Shown here piece after piece: positions 62,200 through 64,000 of a DNA stretch of 64,000 bases. The number at the start of each line of letters is the position of its first letter. Positions within the stretch are counted from its first letter, which is position 1. This DNA comes from Veleropilina oligotropha. Its lineage: Eukaryota. Where the stretch lies: positions 1 to 64,000 of the forward strand of contig JBEUKZ010000035.1 in assembly GCA_048128005.1 (NCBI GenBank), written 5' to 3'. The position numbers and the translations under genes are program-made. The notes beneath the pieces are model-generated. The model did not search any database. It worked only from the letters and a program-made list of their open reading frames with translations, and was not told where the DNA came from.

Positions 62200-62272
62200 T
62201 GATGACATTATATGCAGTGAGTATTATAGCAAACATGTATTAGACATTAATAATAACGTACGTACCTGTGGA

Positions 62273-62543
62273 ATGCTATAAGACATTGTTGCTCCTTGAA
62301 TTACTATCATTTAGGATGTTATCAACGGTAGAGAATGTTGCGGAAAACATCGTGTCTGGAGCTATGACAACAAAGACTAAAGTAAAATGGACTATTCGAT
62401 TTATAGCGTTGTTATTAATGTGTGCCACTGTCGGATTTACATACAATAAAGGAGAACTCTGTGTATCATCAGTGTCGGCAGCCAGGATAGGAGCATATTT
62501 TATGAACATTACGGATGTTATCAATGGCACAATCGCAACCTAA
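62273..62543 (+). CDS. Small hypothetical protein with a hydrophobic segment
   Basis: Open frame between PC4 and integrase (WTIRFIALLLMCATVGF); start codon uncertain. Confidence 0.35.
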
Positions 62544-62735
62544 GGATTATGATGAAATTACTATTGATTATTATGAAGCAATTATTGTTATGTTTACTGT
62601 CTAAACACCTCACTACGAAACAAAGATTTGTACAAATTGTATTCATAATTGCTTTGGTTAATAGATGTCAATAAATTTCATTTATATATATAAGGTTCTG
62701 TTCTTGCTTTTTTTTGTCATTAATATGTAATAAGC

Positions 62736-63815
62736 ATGGTAGAAGAGTACTTGAAAAAATTGTGGCATGATCCGAAGCATGGCTTTGTGGGTCCGGATAA
62801 ACTACACAGTCTTGTACAAAAACAGGGGAAATTCGAAATTAGCAAGAAATATATCGTTCAGTGGTTGCAGAATCAGGATGCGTACAGTTTACAAAAAGGT
62901 GTGATACGGAAATTCAAGCGAAGTCGTGTTATAGTCGAAGGAATGGATTCAATGTTTGATGGAGATTTAGCCGATATGCAAAATGTTGCCAAGTACAACG
63001 ATGATATCACGTTCTTACTCATCGTGATCGATGTATTTTCTCGCTTCTTATGGGTGATTCCACTGGAAAACAAGTTGGGAAAAACAATTGTCAATGCTTT
63101 AAAATCGATATTTAAGCAGGGGAGAAAGCCAAACATGATTAGATTTGATAAGGGGAGCGAATTTAATAATAGATTTGTTAAACCGTATTTGGCATCAGAA
63201 AATATTGCTGTCATCTTCACTGAAAATGAAACGAAAGCCAATTATGCAGAACGAGTGATTAGAACATTGAAAAATATGATATATAGATACTTTACTGCTA
63301 ATCAATCGTACCGATACGTAGACGTACTTCCGAGTTTGGTGTCAAATTACAATAATAGTCCTCACCGATCATTAGGTAAATGGACACCCTCTAGCATCAC
63401 CAAAGAAAACGAAAACGAGGCAAGATACACTATGTACTTAGCACGAACCAAAATGTCCTCGATCAACAAGAAATACAAATTTAAGAGGGGTGATAAGGTT
63501 AGAATATCGCACGTAAAGCATCCATTTTTACGTGATTATCAGCAAAAATGGTCAGAAGAATTATTTATTATCGTCAAACGATACAAGAGACAAGGGGTGC
63601 CCATTTATCGATTAACAGATTTTGTGGATGAATCAATATCGGGTACATTTTACGAGAGGGAATTGCAGATGGTGAATAAAGATGCAGAAACAATTTGGCA
63701 CATAGAAAAGGTATTGAAGAGAAGAAAACGTAATGGCCAAAACGAGATTTTTGTGAAATGGATGGGATGGCCTTCGCGATTTAATTCTTGGGTGCAACAG
63801 ACTGATGTCGTATAA
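62736..63815 (+). CDS. Polinton-type retroviral-like integrase with C-terminal chromodomain
   Basis: DLADM, IDVFSRF, DKGSEF, AERVIRTLK, YNNSPH; IEKVLKRR...VKWMGWPSRFNSWV. Confidence 0.92.
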   Translation: MVEEYLKKLWHDPKHGFVGPDKLHSLVQKQGKFEISKKYIVQWLQNQDAYSLQKGVIRKFKRSRVIVEGMDSMFDGDLADMQNVAKYNDDITFLLIVIDVFSRFLWVIPLENKLGKTIVNALKSIFKQGRKPNMIRFDKGSEFNNRFVKPYLASENIAVIFTENETKANYAERVIRTLKNMIYRYFTANQSYRYVDVLPSLVSNYNNSPHRSLGKWTPSSITKENENEARYTMYLARTKMSSINKKYKFKRGDKVRISHVKHPFLRDYQQKWSEELFIIVKRYKRQGVPIYRLTDFVDESISGTFYERELQMVNKDAETIWHIEKVLKRRKRNGQNEIFVKWMGWPSRFNSWVQQTDVV

Positions 63816-63850
63816 ATATATGTACAAAATAATCACGATATCACATCGCC

Positions 63851-64000
63851 ATGAGTATTCGGATGGTGCTCATGTCTACCGATAGTCCTGAGTATTTTGA
63901 AAATAAGCCTTACGACTTCAGAGTAAAACTTAACGGTGTTTTGCAATTTGACGGTTATTGGACTGTAGCATTAACCGAATTTTCCGTTAACAATTGCGCA
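63851..64000 (+). CDS. Start of a probable Polinton minor capsid (penton-like) protein
   Basis: MSIRMVLMSTDSPEYFENKPYDFRVKLNGVLQFDGYWTVALTEF fits the N..F.V.L...L...G.W.VAL.E pattern. Confidence 0.6.
   Translation, partial: MSIRMVLMSTDSPEYFENKPYDFRVKLNGVLQFDGYWTVALTEFSVNNCA

Larger units (their letters stand above)
60928..64000 (+). mobile_element. Left end of a Polinton/Maverick (adintovirus-like), running off the window
   Basis: AGTAGT terminus at 60928, repetitive subterminal region, then compact intronless genes including a retroviral-type integrase with chromodomain. Confidence 0.85.

Overview
AT-rich animal genomic DNA (probably an invertebrate; the host cannot be identified from sequence alone), made up almost entirely of nested transposable elements between two outward-facing paralogous C2H2 zinc-finger exons (6.2-7.7 kb minus strand, 51.1-53.5 kb plus strand). 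The centre is a ~21 kb palindrome (arms 18064-27919 and 29260-39114, only about 8 differences seen, 1.34 kb spacer). It duplicates part of a decayed full-length I-group (Nimb/I-like) LINE and a DIRS1-type tyrosine-recombinase retrotransposon inserted in it. The right arm is joined directly to a 5'-truncated LINE with an intact 1269-aa ORF2, followed by a second truncated LINE. The 3' UTRs of these LINEs carry arrays of conserved, covarying structured-RNA modules of unknown function. Just beyond them (47.2-48.35 kb, minus strand) is a ~1.1 kb hepadnavirus-like RT/RNase H sequence in circularly permuted order, the most unusual object in the window. The window ends in the left end of a Polinton/Maverick (AGTAGT terminus, tandem PC4-like gene, chromodomain integrase, start of a probable minor capsid gene). 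SINEs, IS3EU-like, Kolobok-like, P/hAT-like, Helitron and hairpin MITEs fill the rest. All family assignments come from motifs read by eye; no database search was run.
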